DNA from: Candidatus Daviesbacteria bacterium RIFCSPHIGHO2_02_FULL_43_12
GTDB lineage: Bacteria; Patescibacteriota; Microgenomatia; Daviesbacterales; UBA10151
Assembly (NCBI GenBank): GCA_001776775.1
Contig: MFDD01000002.1
Location: 169,834-233,833, forward strand
Direction: 5' to 3'
Length of the DNA stretch: 64,000 nt
The notes beneath the pieces are model-generated. The model was given only the letters and a program-made list of their open reading frames with translations, was not told the DNA's origin and did not search any database. Both the position numbers and the translations under genes were made by a program. The stretch's first letter is position 1, and each line of letters starts with the position of its first letter. This document shows positions 49,085 to 59,810 of the stretch, one piece after another.

Positions 49085-50196
49085 ATTGATCGATATACTG
49101 CTAGAGTCTGTTCTGCCATTTTTTTCCAACTAAATTTCGTCAATTGCTTCTTACCTTTCTTCACTAGATCGCTTCTTAATGTATCACTTCCTAACATCTT
49201 TATTATTTTCTCGGACATATCCTTTGTAGAGTACGGGTTAAAATACATCGCTCCTTCGCCTGCTACTTCCGGAAGAGATGATGTATCCGAACAAGCAACA
49301 GGACAGCAAACTGCAAAAGCTTCCAGTACCGGAATACCAAAACCCTCTTCAAAAGATGGGATCACCCGGAGGGAGGCCTTCTTTAATAGAGAAATCATCT
49401 CTTTATCCGAAACAAAGCTTGTAAAAATAATATCCGGATGGTGGACTCCAGACTTTAGTCTCTCCCAAAAATAGTGATCATGGCCAGACAATACTAACTT
49501 TAAGTATTGGTATTTTTTTCGCAGTTCCAGAAAACATTCAATCAATCCTTCAACATTCTTATGTGGATGAGCGTTTCCAAGATAAAAAATAAACGGTGGT
49601 TTAATATCAAATTTCTCCAGAACTTTTCTTACTTCCTCTTCAGTCACAGAACTTGCAAGCTTACTAAAAGTTTCTTCCACTCCCTCTAAAGTAACAACTA
49701 TTTTATCAGCAGAAACTGATGAATTATTCAATATATCATGTTTTACAAATTCCGATGGTACAATAATTTTTTCACTTTTCAAAAGAGCGGAAGACAACGC
49801 GATATTAAACCCCACCTTTTTAAGATTATAAAAAATCCTACCATGGGTTGTGGATCGTTGCATCGAAAATCGCTGATGAATTAAATCATGGATCGTCACC
49901 ACGAATTTACCTTTATAAAGAATCGGGACATTAAAGTGAGGAAAGTGCATTAAGTCTATTTTATATTTACCGATTAGATAGGGTAACTTAATCTGTTCTG
50001 CAAATCCGTACCAAGGAATATCTGCTTTTATCTTTTTGAAGTTTTCTGATTGATCAAACTTTTCAAAATCTCTGGCTAGCAAAAATACAAAGTAACTATT
50101 CTGCTTATCAATTTTTTTTAGCTCGTTTATTAGATTGCGAATGTACCTACCAATTCCTGATTCGCCAAATAGTCTTGCATCAATACCTATATTCAT
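49081..50196 (-). CDS. Family 4 glycosyltransferase
   Basis: EGFGIPVLEAFAVCCPVACS motif. Confidence 0.85.
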   Translation of the reverse strand: MNIGIDARLFGESGIGRYIRNLINELKKIDKQNSYFVFLLARDFEKFDQSENFKKIKADIPWYGFAEQIKLPYLIGKYKIDLMHFPHFNVPILYKGKFVVTIHDLIHQRFSMQRSTTHGRIFYNLKKVGFNIALSSALLKSEKIIVPSEFVKHDILNNSSVSADKIVVTLEGVEETFSKLASSVTEEEVRKVLEKFDIKPPFIFYLGNAHPHKNVEGLIECFLELRKKYQYLKLVLSGHDHYFWERLKSGVHHPDIIFTSFVSDKEMISLLKKASLRVIPSFEEGFGIPVLEAFAVCCPVACSDTSSLPEVAGEGAMYFNPYSTKDMSEKIIKMLGSDTLRSDLVKKGKKQLTKFSWKKMAEQTLAVYRSI

Positions 50197-50702
50197 TTTT
50201 TTAAAGTTTGTTTAGTCAAATTAGTAATTTTAAAGTCGTTCCCGACTTGCGCGGAAATAAAAAATAACTCATTTTCATTTACAATTTCTTCAAAACAATA
50301 CTGGATGTCATCGACTAAATCTAGTTCACCATTTAGAACTTCATCCTTATTTATCCATATCAGCTCGCCATCTTCTGTCTTGCTGCCAATTGGTAACTTT
50401 ATACTAGAAACGCTGATCTTAAAAAAACACATTACCCAGTCTTCATCGTAAAAGCCTTCAAGTCTTACAACACCACAGAATTTTATCTGTGAAGCATCAA
50501 CCTTTATGCCGGTCTCTTCTTTAGTTTCTCTAATGGCTGCACTTAAATAGTCTTCACCTGGTTCTACTCTTCCACCGATACCATTGACCTTTCCTGGATC
50601 TATTTTTTTATGAGTACCCCTTTTTAATAATAAGTAATCATCGCCGCAGTGAATAAAATTAGTAACCGATGTCTGAACTTTTCTTGTATATTTCTCCATC
50701 AT
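50193..50702 (-). CDS. NUDIX hydrolase embedded in glycosyltransferase cluster
   Basis: Nudix box GGRVEPGEDYLSAAIRETKEETGI; TTG in ORF track, ATG at 50702. Confidence 0.75.
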   Translation of the reverse strand: MMEKYTRKVQTSVTNFIHCGDDYLLLKRGTHKKIDPGKVNGIGGRVEPGEDYLSAAIRETKEETGIKVDASQIKFCGVVRLEGFYDEDWVMCFFKISVSSIKLPIGSKTEDGELIWINKDEVLNGELDLVDDIQYCFEEIVNENELFFISAQVGNDFKITNLTKQTLKK

Positions 50703-50739
50703 TAACTCTGCATTCTTCAATCTGAATTCTGCATTCCAA

Positions 50740-51612
50740 TCATACCGTAAGTTTTCTCTTCGCCATCCACCACTTAATATTAATCCCCAAGTACACTAAC
50801 CAATTTATAAAAAAGGGGTATTTTTTGGACATCTGCTTCTTATAAAAAGTTAGCATTGAGATGTAGAAAGCATCTAAAGACCTCCTGCGAGTCTCTGGGT
50901 CTGCAGTTGTTACGCTTTGTGAGTCCTTTTTTAACCCGGAAGATACCCCTTTATAGTGCACTATCGAAACACTTGGAACATATACCACCTTAAACCCGGC
51001 CTCTTTTATCCTAAAGCACAAATCAATATCTTCGGCGTATAAAAAGTAATCTTCGTCAAAGAGTCCGACTTTTTTTAAAACGTCCGCCCGAGTAAGCATA
51101 AAAGCTCCGGCGATAGCATCAACTTCGTGTGGACCGGACATATCCATTTGACGCAAATGGTAAAGACTGTCATCTTTTAGAAAATAATATTTAAATGAAG
51201 CCCACGGAGTCGGGAAGCCTCGATGAGCTGTCAAATCCAATCTACCGTCCGGAAAAACTATTTTACAGGTAGAGATCCCGACCTCAAGGTGAGCTTCCAT
51301 AAATTCAAGCATCTTAGAGATTACCCCTTTTTCTAGTTTAGTATCTGGGTTAAGTAGTAAAATATATCCTTCCTTAATTTTCTCTAAAGCGAGATTATTC
51401 CCTTTCCCAAAACCTAAATTTTCTGGATTAAGAATAAAATTAAACTCGGGAAATTCCTGCTTGGCGGTCTTGGCACTATCGTCACTTGATGCATTATCTA
51501 TTATATAAACACTGACGTCTGCCTCATTTATCACCTGCTTCACTGATGACAGACATTCCAACAGAAAATTTCCGGCGTTAAAATTGACGATAACTATGGA
51601 TAGCTTAAGCAT
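50740..51612 (-). CDS. Family 2 glycosyltransferase
   Basis: LSIVIVNFNAG…IIDNASSDDS. Confidence 0.85.
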   Translation of the reverse strand: MLKLSIVIVNFNAGNFLLECLSSVKQVINEADVSVYIIDNASSDDSAKTAKQEFPEFNFILNPENLGFGKGNNLALEKIKEGYILLLNPDTKLEKGVISKMLEFMEAHLEVGISTCKIVFPDGRLDLTAHRGFPTPWASFKYYFLKDDSLYHLRQMDMSGPHEVDAIAGAFMLTRADVLKKVGLFDEDYFLYAEDIDLCFRIKEAGFKVVYVPSVSIVHYKGVSSGLKKDSQSVTTADPETRRRSLDAFYISMLTFYKKQMSKKYPFFINWLVYLGINIKWWMAKRKLTV

Positions 51613-52792
51613 GAGCCACCTCTTTATATATATCGCTTAATTTTTGCGCTATTTGGTCCCAATCATATTTTTGTTGAACCATTTTTTTAGCGTTTTCTGC
51701 AAGTCTTGAGTATTTTTTAGGATCTTGCAGCAGCTCTATTGCCGCTTGGGCGATATCTTTTGGGTCATCCCGTATAATTACTTCTTTGCCGTCTTCGGCT
51801 TCTGTTCCACCAATGCCAATCGAGGTTGTAACGACCGGTAACCCCGAAGCAAAAGTCTCAAAATTCTTTAACCTGGTTCCATGACCGCTATAGATAGGCG
51901 TTACCAAAAGATGTGCTCCTTGATAGGCCTCTCTGACGTCTTTAACTTCTTCTATCCGAATATCTTTATTCTCAAGAGACGAAAAAAAATTCTTCGCATC
52001 CTTACCGATAATCCAGAGTTTTGCATCTTTAACAGATCTTTTAATAATCGGCCAGACTTTTTCGACCAGCACCTCCACTGCTTCTCTGTTTTGTAGCCAG
52101 GTAAAGTTTCCCAGATACATGATTACCGGTTCCTTTGACTTTTCCTTGATCTTTGCTCCGAAGAAAGTGCTGTCTACTCCATTGGGAACTATCTCCACGT
52201 TCAGTGACGGTACCTGAGTAATCATAGTTTCTCTGTCGTTGGAAGACATGGCAATTACTTTACTGGCTTGTTTCCAATATTTTAATTCCCAGAATTTTAG
52301 CTTATAAACATCTATTAAAAGAAGTGGTTTTAAAAAGTTATATTTATAATTTTCTACATAATGCTGATAAACCTTATACTCTATAGTTTGATCGACTAAG
52401 ACGATGGGTATAGTAGTTTTTGGAATATGGGGCATAACGTAAAAGGTCTCTGCATGAATTAAATCAAAACTCTGTTCGTCTAGGAGTTTAGCAACCGCTG
52501 TCTTCTCTCCACTCGCCCAGTTACGCATTACCAAAAAGGGGAAGAAGCTAAAACCAGTTCTTAAAATATTTATTATAGTCCAGGGTTTTTCCGGACGGTT
52601 AAAAACCCTAACCTCTTTGCAGAATTTTTCCAACTCTGGCGCATACTTTTTTTCGTCATCACTTTTGACCAAGCAAAAAAGAGTAATCTCGTGTCCTAAA
52701 TTTGCTAATCTTTTTATTAGATTGTAGGATCTTGTTTGCCCCCCTGTTAACAGAGGAAATGGCAAGTAGGGTGTAAGCATGAGTATTTTCAT
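51605..52792 (-). CDS. Family 4 glycosyltransferase
   Basis: GT-B pattern; MKILMLTPYLPFPLLTGGQTRSYNL N-terminus. Confidence 0.75.
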   Translation of the reverse strand: MKILMLTPYLPFPLLTGGQTRSYNLIKRLANLGHEITLFCLVKSDDEKKYAPELEKFCKEVRVFNRPEKPWTIINILRTGFSFFPFLVMRNWASGEKTAVAKLLDEQSFDLIHAETFYVMPHIPKTTIPIVLVDQTIEYKVYQHYVENYKYNFLKPLLLIDVYKLKFWELKYWKQASKVIAMSSNDRETMITQVPSLNVEIVPNGVDSTFFGAKIKEKSKEPVIMYLGNFTWLQNREAVEVLVEKVWPIIKRSVKDAKLWIIGKDAKNFFSSLENKDIRIEEVKDVREAYQGAHLLVTPIYSGHGTRLKNFETFASGLPVVTTSIGIGGTEAEDGKEVIIRDDPKDIAQAAIELLQDPKKYSRLAENAKKMVQQKYDWDQIAQKLSDIYKEVAHA

Positions 52793-52794
52793 GG

Positions 52795-54261
52795 CTATTT
52801 AATCACTGCACCTGATGTCGAAGATGGATACCTTAAATCAGCGATAACATATTTCGGAGTCTGCTCGATTACTTTGTATTTTTTTAATACGGTGGCAGTA
52901 TCATTGTCGTAGTTGGTAGAAACATAATGAGTCACCCCGAAATCTTTAATCAAATCTTCAAATGAAGCTGCAACAACTGGAAAGCCGGTTCTATTAATTT
53001 GGTATAAAAACGCCGTATCGCCATTATAGGGGGCAATCACCACAGCATCTTTCGGTAACAGTGTATCCGCCTTTCTTCCCACCTCAACAATTATTGGGTT
53101 ATTTATCTGATAAAGACCCTTAATCTCATACCAGGTTAGCCCAAGTGTTAATGATAGCAAAAAGATAGCTAGAGGAATGGTCACAATCCTGGGGAGAAAG
53201 AGCGGTAAGCCTTTTAGCATTAGCCAAAGCCCCCGGGCGGTAAAAATACAGATCGCCGGAACAATCAGTGTTTGGTAATAATCATGCTGGACATTACCTG
53301 TGGCAAAAACAATCAAGTATAAAAAAGCGCCAACTGCAAAAAGATGCAGAAACAAATTCTCGTTTTTAAGCGGTCGAAGAACTAACCCGAGAATAAAAAC
53401 AAACACTCCGACCGGAGATAATAGTTCGCGACTAAATCGGTCATTTATTATCCATCTCCAAAAAGCTGGACGAAAGCGGATTCCGTTACCATTTAGAAGC
53501 CAGGCTGAAGATGGTATCCCCTCGGGGTGAATATTAATCCATAGTCTCCAGATAAGCAGGGGCGCTAGTACCAGACTGACAAATCCAATATACTTTTTAG
53601 GGATTGGAAAGAGCCCTTTTTCTTTTAGATAATAGGAGTACAGCAGTGGTAGTGTGTAAAAGATTACTGTTGGTTTAGTTAAAAAAGCTAAAATGCTAAA
53701 AATGACCGCTAGACCAAAGGTACTTTTCGATGATTCCCATATCCAACGATCAGTAAAATAGACCATCCCTAACCCAAAAAAAATCAACGAGGGCTCAGGC
53801 AGAATAACTCGGGAGTAGTAGATACTGTACGGAAGAACAGCAAATAGCAGCGCTGCCAGAAGAGCCGTACCTTGTCCAAAGTATTTCTTAGTTAGAAAAT
53901 ACATTAACACTATAGACCCCAGGGAAAAAATTATGGAGACTAAACGAGCTAGTGGTTCACTGACTCCTCCGTGTAGTAGATAGGCCGCATAGACGACGGC
54001 ATTATATATCGGAAACTCGACATATCTTAGACGAAGTGGGTTAAACTTCCCGGTTTCAGAGATCTGAGACATATCATCTCCTTTAGGATAAAATATATTA
54101 AATCCTTCTTTATAAAAGTTACGGGCTACCGCTGCCGTATCTGCCTGCCTCCAAGAATGCCAATCGGCAATCGGACTATCTAGCTTATAAAGCCGCATCA
54201 CAAAAGCTAAGCAAAGAATCACCAAGAGCCAAAGTAGTGGTTGTTTTAAAAATTTGATCAT
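52795..54261 (-). CDS. GT-C fold membrane glycosyltransferase (ArnT/PMT/GT39-like)
   Basis: ~12 TM; WRQADTAAVARNF loop motif; start set to ATG 54261 (ATGA overlap with upstream gene). Confidence 0.6.
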   Translation of the reverse strand: MIKFLKQPLLWLLVILCLAFVMRLYKLDSPIADWHSWRQADTAAVARNFYKEGFNIFYPKGDDMSQISETGKFNPLRLRYVEFPIYNAVVYAAYLLHGGVSEPLARLVSIIFSLGSIVLMYFLTKKYFGQGTALLAALLFAVLPYSIYYSRVILPEPSLIFFGLGMVYFTDRWIWESSKSTFGLAVIFSILAFLTKPTVIFYTLPLLYSYYLKEKGLFPIPKKYIGFVSLVLAPLLIWRLWINIHPEGIPSSAWLLNGNGIRFRPAFWRWIINDRFSRELLSPVGVFVFILGLVLRPLKNENLFLHLFAVGAFLYLIVFATGNVQHDYYQTLIVPAICIFTARGLWLMLKGLPLFLPRIVTIPLAIFLLSLTLGLTWYEIKGLYQINNPIIVEVGRKADTLLPKDAVVIAPYNGDTAFLYQINRTGFPVVAASFEDLIKDFGVTHYVSTNYDNDTATVLKKYKVIEQTPKYVIADLRYPSSTSGAVIK

Positions 54262-55676
54262 TTTCTCTGGTATAAATACCCTAAGTAAGTCCCTGAAATA
54301 AGCCAAAAGAGTGTGGCTATTTTCGATGCTTCAAAAACATCAATCACCAAGCCGTTAGTTACAAAACAAAAAACCATAATCAACATTCCCGCAGAAAGAA
54401 TCTTCGTAAACTGATCTTTGTCCTGGTAGCCCTTCCAAAAGTCACGAACTATTCGAGTGATTAAAAAGAAAAAAGCTAAGCTGCCCAAGACCCCAGTCTC
54501 ACCCAATGAACGTAGGAAATCGTTATCTGTTGCCAAACCTAATGATGAGTATCCTGTTCCCAAAAATGGGTTCTTCATGAATGCTCTAATCGCCAAAGGC
54601 CACTCGTAATTAAGCCTAATGGCACCAGATCTATAAACTCCAAGCTGGGTCGGGTCTGTCGGTTCTCCAGGCACAACATCCGGCGCAACCCCTCCGGAGG
54701 GGGTAGAGAATTTCGTAGCATTAACTAAATCTTTGGAGATCGGCAGGGTGGGAATATTTAGCTTGCTTCTTTGTTCCTGAAGATTGTTTTTAGGATTATA
54801 GGTGTCCCCTGCCGACCGGAAGTTAACCATAATGGTCGAAACCAGACGATCTCGAAGCTGCGAAGGATAAGCTGCACCAAGAACTACAACCAGGAGCAGC
54901 AGCGCAATGAGCATTCGTTTTTTAAGTAAAACAAGTAGAATAATAATTCCGACCACCAAGGCTGCAAACGAAAGCCTCGCTGCATTCATGACCAGGATAA
55001 TAAAACAAAACAAACAGCCAAGGCCAGTCAGTAATTTGAGAGCAGTGTTTTTGAAGTAGAAAAAAAGGGCTATAAAGATACTCATGACCATCACTAAAAA
55101 AACCGGTAAATCATAGTGTCCAGCAAACGTAGAGCTGACCCTAGCTCCCGGAGAGAGGTAAAGGATCTGTCCCTTAGCAAATTCCGAGTTCGTAGTCGCA
55201 ATCACTGGCCAGTGTAAATATGCTTGACCAAGTGCGTATACATTAACTAAAACTGAGGTTATAAAAAGAGTCCAGAGAACAATCAGCAGCTGACGTTTAT
55301 GTTGAATAATAAAGATTGAAAAACAAAGGACAGGCACTAGCTCGACTCGCCTTAAAAAATGCAGTACAGCTAGGTGAGGAAGAGCAGTATGCGTCAGAAA
55401 AATACCGGAAAAGCTCGACAGTATTCCGATCAATAGAAAGACTCCAACGATCTGATTCACAGGTAGCGTCACAAATTTTTTAACCTGTCTGGAAAAAAGA
55501 ATATACAAACTCCAGACGACCAGACTAAAAGCAATCACCAAATCTTCCAGTCTAATAGCCGCAAAAGTATTCTGGACAGAGAAAAGGGGAATTTTTGGAT
55601 ACAAAGGGATAAACACTACCAAAAAAAGCAGTAGCCAAAAGGATAAGTTTTTAAATATATCTGATAACTTGTGCAT
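54258..55676 (-). CDS. O-antigen ligase/Wzy-like membrane protein
   Basis: 472 aa, multi-TM, C-terminal DNDFLRSLGETGVLG block typical of O-antigen ligases. Confidence 0.65.
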   Translation of the reverse strand: MHKLSDIFKNLSFWLLLFLVVFIPLYPKIPLFSVQNTFAAIRLEDLVIAFSLVVWSLYILFSRQVKKFVTLPVNQIVGVFLLIGILSSFSGIFLTHTALPHLAVLHFLRRVELVPVLCFSIFIIQHKRQLLIVLWTLFITSVLVNVYALGQAYLHWPVIATTNSEFAKGQILYLSPGARVSSTFAGHYDLPVFLVMVMSIFIALFFYFKNTALKLLTGLGCLFCFIILVMNAARLSFAALVVGIIILLVLLKKRMLIALLLLVVVLGAAYPSQLRDRLVSTIMVNFRSAGDTYNPKNNLQEQRSKLNIPTLPISKDLVNATKFSTPSGGVAPDVVPGEPTDPTQLGVYRSGAIRLNYEWPLAIRAFMKNPFLGTGYSSLGLATDNDFLRSLGETGVLGSLAFFFLITRIVRDFWKGYQDKDQFTKILSAGMLIMVFCFVTNGLVIDVFEASKIATLFWLISGTYLGYLYQRK

Positions 55677-56547
55677 AAGTTTTGGAAAATTCTTTTTTTC
55701 CCAGCAAAAAAAATACTATCATCCTAAGAGCTATAAATATATACATCAATACTCTTAAAATATCTCCAGCCAATTTTCCATAAAACTTGCTGTAAAGATA
55801 CAGTAGTCCTTTAAACTCACCTTTCCATTGGTTCAGTTTAGGAGCAGGGGAACTTCCTCCACCCAGATGAATAATCTGGGCTTGATCAGTAAAACCGACT
55901 TTAAATCCAGCCTCACGCGCTCTCCAACAATACTCTACATCTTCTGCATACATAAAGATACTGCCGTCCAGAGCCCCTATCTTCGATAATACTTCGCTAC
56001 TGATCAGCAAAGCTGTCCCTGCCACCCAACCGACTTCGTGTGTCCCCCGGTAAAAAGCAGGTTTTTGCAGATGATAAGAAGCACTCGAGATTCCCAGTAA
56101 GCCTAAAAGGTCATCAATTCCAGATAACCATAAAAATAGAGGTCCCGGAGTTGGTAAAAATCCGGCGTTGGGCTGAAGGCTGTGATCTTCATTTAAGAGT
56201 TTGCAGCTAAGCAGGGCGTATTGATCAGTTTTGGCAACTGTCATTAAAAGCTCCAGACAGTCAGGCAGGACAATGGTATCGGAATTAAGTAATAAAAAGT
56301 GGCCTGCTTTAACTTTGGCGAGGGCTAGATTATTACCCGCCGCAAAGCCTACATTCCGGGGACTTTCAATAAGTTCTACTTGGGGAAATTCTTTTTTGGT
56401 AGCTTTGACGCTGTCGTCTGAGGAGGCGTTATCGACGACTATAACTTTTAGATCAAAGCTCACTTTCTGCTGGTAGACACTGGCCAGAGCCTTCAGGAGT
56501 AAGGCTTTGGTATTAAAGTTGACAATAATAACTGCTAAATCTGTCAT
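55651..56547 (-). CDS. Family 2 glycosyltransferase
   Basis: AVIIVNFNT…VVDNASSDDS. Confidence 0.85.
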   Translation of the reverse strand: MTDLAVIIVNFNTKALLLKALASVYQQKVSFDLKVIVVDNASSDDSVKATKKEFPQVELIESPRNVGFAAGNNLALAKVKAGHFLLLNSDTIVLPDCLELLMTVAKTDQYALLSCKLLNEDHSLQPNAGFLPTPGPLFLWLSGIDDLLGLLGISSASYHLQKPAFYRGTHEVGWVAGTALLISSEVLSKIGALDGSIFMYAEDVEYCWRAREAGFKVGFTDQAQIIHLGGGSSPAPKLNQWKGEFKGLLYLYSKFYGKLAGDILRVLMYIFIALRMIVFFLLGKKEFSKTYAQVIRYI

Positions 56548-57095
56548 TAGACAAAGGCTTTTTTAGACATTTTCCCAAGAAGCCAGGCGCAACTCACAAT
56601 TCCTGCCCAAACTACTAACCTAACCCACGCCGCCGAGGGGTAATAACGCAGAGTTACCTTATTGTCAAAAGTCCCTTCAGGCAAATCAAATTTTACTGCT
56701 CCATCATATTTGGGATTGTTACTTTCGTCATATGGTTCCAGTCCGTTAATATAGAGGGAGTTTCTTAATGGATAAACGTACTCTTCAAGATAGGTGCTGT
56801 GTGTTTCTACTTTAATATAAGTCACTGCTAGCTCAGGAGGATAGTTCAAACGCAGTGGCCCAAAGGGGAGCATAGTTAGCCCGGCATAATTTTTAACATA
56901 AAAAGGGATAACTTCCGGACGAAAAGAGTTCGTAAAATAAGCCTTTAGATTAGGAACCTGCCAGGTATCTCCATCAAGATTTGATCTGACTGAACTAGGA
57001 AGATCAGCTAACTGATAGACATCTTTAGGTCCCGGGATAAACATATACCCCAAAAGAAGTAATGAGAGAGCAAAAAAAGTGTTTTTTTTGATCAT
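56547..57095 (-). CDS. Hypothetical membrane-anchored protein
   Basis: 182 aa, N-terminal TM and C-terminal TM, no motif. Confidence 0.4.
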   Translation of the reverse strand: MIKKNTFFALSLLLLGYMFIPGPKDVYQLADLPSSVRSNLDGDTWQVPNLKAYFTNSFRPEVIPFYVKNYAGLTMLPFGPLRLNYPPELAVTYIKVETHSTYLEEYVYPLRNSLYINGLEPYDESNNPKYDGAVKFDLPEGTFDNKVTLRYYPSAAWVRLVVWAGIVSCAWLLGKMSKKAFV

Positions 57096-57733
57096 TGAAA
57101 AAGCCTAGACCTTCCTAGTTTATAATGCAGATCTTGAACCTCTCGGGTGCCGATCACCCTAGCCGGAACTCCTCCGGCAATATCAAAATCCACCACATCT
57201 TTCGTGACTACGGCCCCAGCAGCCACCACCGCTCCTTTGCCAATACTGACACCCGGTAGGACGATCACTCTCGGACCGATAAACACAAAGTCCCCTATTT
57301 CCACAGGTGCAACCACTGCCCGAAAGTCTTCCGAGTGAATATCATGCTCAGAATTATAGATCATGACGTCACTGGCAATATCTACAAAACTACCAATTTT
57401 TAGACTGTCCCTTCCGTCTAAAAAAGCATTTTGGCCAATAATAGTACCTTCTCCAATCTGAACTCCGGAGGGGTTAAAAAACTGCACTCCCATATGTAAG
57501 TGAGAACCGTGGCCAATTTTAACTCCGGCGATTTGGTAAAAAAACTTTCTCACAAAAAATATAGGGAAGTAACCAATTAGGCGAAGTAAGAATAGATCTA
57601 AGTCTTGAAAATAGCTCATAAATCGACTGCCAACCTTTTGTAACCCCAAGGACAAAGAGAGGGTTTTGCCCATCTTATTCTTAAAATAGAAACCGGTGTT
57701 ACTGTCCCACCCTAAATGTTCAAGATAAAACAT
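57092..57733 (-). CDS. Hexapeptide-repeat (LbH) sugar O-acetyl/acyltransferase
   Basis: Repeated [LIV]G-x4 hexapeptides (IGKGAVVAAGAVVTKDV); ATG 57733 chosen over TTG 57775. Confidence 0.75.
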   Translation of the reverse strand: MFYLEHLGWDSNTGFYFKNKMGKTLSLSLGLQKVGSRFMSYFQDLDLFLLRLIGYFPIFFVRKFFYQIAGVKIGHGSHLHMGVQFFNPSGVQIGEGTIIGQNAFLDGRDSLKIGSFVDIASDVMIYNSEHDIHSEDFRAVVAPVEIGDFVFIGPRVIVLPGVSIGKGAVVAAGAVVTKDVVDFDIAGGVPARVIGTREVQDLHYKLGRSRLFQ

Positions 57734-57784
57734 TAGATTATTATATCTTGTTTTAACAGACCAGAGCAACCTCAAACCAGTGAC

Positions 57785-58774
57785 TTACGGATACATCCCC
57801 AAGATTTCTGAATCCTTCAGTTTAGACAAATGACTCTCTTTAGCTCTTTTAGGTAGAAGAAGGGGAAGCTTAACTAGGGCACTAAAAAAAACTTTTAGAT
57901 AACTGGGGTGAGAAATTATCATCCGTAAAAGCCCCAAAAAATGCTGGCGGAGCATTGCTGGATCAGTAATATTTTTCCAGATCAATAAAAGTTGATTCCT
58001 CTGAGCGACTGAAGAGATTTTAGACCGGGAGAAATTTTCCTCAATTACTCCCTTTTGTTTATAATGCTCGACCTTTGAATCGGGATCCCAAAGGTTGAGA
58101 TAGCCTCGCTTAGTAGCTCTGTATCCTAAATCACTATCCTCTTCATAAAAGGGCGCAAAAAGTTCATCAAACCCGGTTAACTCTTCCCAAATACTTTTAC
58201 GAAACAGCCCGCTACCTCCTGAGGCCCACAACGTCTGGTGAAGTTTGGGAGACTCACCTTCCGGTAAAGGCACTTTGTAATGCCACAGAAAGCCTCGCTC
58301 AAACTTGGCCCAGGACCAGTTGCCATCTTCAGTAGCGCAACTGACACTAAATACCTTGGGGTTTTCAAAATGCGCTAAAGCTATCTTCACAGCTTCGGGA
58401 GCAGGTGAGGCATCACTATTTAAAAGAAAAAGTATATCTCCTGATGATTCCCGAACACCTTGATTAACAGTGCTGGAAAAGCCGCTATTTTGTGGCTTAA
58501 TAATTAGCTTAACCGCAGGAAAGTTTTTCCGGATGATTTCAATACTATCATCTGTTGAACCATCGTCAACTACAATCACCTCATGAATATCTTTAACCGC
58601 TAAAACACTTGGCAAATTTTTTTTAAGCTTATCTCGCCCATTCCAATTAGGTATCACAATAGAGACTTTAAAATTATTCATTGCTGGCTTCCTTAAAGAC
58701 CTCCAGGACCTGCTCGGCCATCTTTTTCCAGGAGAATATTTTAGCTTGCTCCAAGGCTTTGATGGATAACTCAT
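57785..58774 (-). CDS. Family 2 glycosyltransferase
   Basis: VSIVIPNWNG…VVDDGSTDDS. Confidence 0.85.
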   Translation of the reverse strand: MSYPSKPWSKLKYSPGKRWPSRSWRSLRKPAMNNFKVSIVIPNWNGRDKLKKNLPSVLAVKDIHEVIVVDDGSTDDSIEIIRKNFPAVKLIIKPQNSGFSSTVNQGVRESSGDILFLLNSDASPAPEAVKIALAHFENPKVFSVSCATEDGNWSWAKFERGFLWHYKVPLPEGESPKLHQTLWASGGSGLFRKSIWEELTGFDELFAPFYEEDSDLGYRATKRGYLNLWDPDSKVEHYKQKGVIEENFSRSKISSVAQRNQLLLIWKNITDPAMLRQHFLGLLRMIISHPSYLKVFFSALVKLPLLLPKRAKESHLSKLKDSEILGMYP

Positions 58775-59810
58775 CCCTCAGGCCTGCATCTTCACAAACC
58801 CGAACGATCGCATTTCTAATCTCTTCTATATTTAACGGATCAACCAATATTCCCGCCTCACCTACTATTTCTGGCAAAGAACCGGCAGTGGAAACAATCA
58901 CTGGTTTCCCCACAGACATCGCATCAACTACCGGAATACCAAACCCCTCCCATAAACTGGGAAACACAAAGGCTTTGGCCCCGTTTAGTAAATAAACTAA
59001 ATCCTCATCAGGGACAAATCCTAGGAATTTAATTTTGGTCTCAATACCCAGCCTTCTAGGCTTATCTAAAATCTCTTTAAATTTCCACCCCTGCTTACCC
59101 GGCCCGGTGGTCTTACCGCTTATTGCCAGTTGCACTCCTTCAATCGTTTTAAAAGCTTCGATTAACCTGGATAAGTTCTTGCGTGGTTGAATCGTACCAA
59201 TAAATAAAACATAATTTTTATCTAATTTATATTTAGAGCTGATCTCTTTAATCTTAGCTTCATCCTTAATCTCGATATATTTATCGCTATGTCCTGGATA
59301 GGCTACTGTTACTTTTTCTGATGAAACCTGGTAGTTTTTGAGGATATCCCGCTTAGCTGACTCAGAAATAGTGACGATATGTTGAGCATTTCTTATAGAG
59401 TACTTTGTCCAATTTTTTAACTTCCATAAGTCTTTTGCGGTCAAAGTCTCAGGAAAATGCAAGAATCCAGTATCAAAGACCATCACTACTCTTTTAACAT
59501 TAGTGAGTGTTGGGATATAGTGAGTTGGACTAAAAAACAGATCAGGCTTTATTTTAGCTCGAAAAATCTCTAGTGGTAGAGCGACCCTGGTCCATAGCTT
59601 ATTAAATTTTAAAATCTTATATTTCCACCCCTCACGCTCCTTAGGTAGATCACTTAAGGGGCTAGACGGCAGTAAGATTAAATAGTCATTTAAATGATCG
59701 ATCTGCTCTAAGTGTTTAAGTAACTCAAAGGCCACCTGCCCCGACCCAAGCCTTTGCTCAACATTTGCTTCATAACCATCAATCCAGATAAGTTTTTTAC
59801 TGCTTGTCAT
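58674..59810 (-). CDS. Family 4 glycosyltransferase
   Basis: EGFGIPVVDAMSVGKPVIVS. Confidence 0.85.
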   Translation of the reverse strand: MTSSKKLIWIDGYEANVEQRLGSGQVAFELLKHLEQIDHLNDYLILLPSSPLSDLPKEREGWKYKILKFNKLWTRVALPLEIFRAKIKPDLFFSPTHYIPTLTNVKRVVMVFDTGFLHFPETLTAKDLWKLKNWTKYSIRNAQHIVTISESAKRDILKNYQVSSEKVTVAYPGHSDKYIEIKDEAKIKEISSKYKLDKNYVLFIGTIQPRKNLSRLIEAFKTIEGVQLAISGKTTGPGKQGWKFKEILDKPRRLGIETKIKFLGFVPDEDLVYLLNGAKAFVFPSLWEGFGIPVVDAMSVGKPVIVSTAGSLPEIVGEAGILVDPLNIEEIRNAIVRVCEDAGLRDELSIKALEQAKIFSWKKMAEQVLEVFKEASNE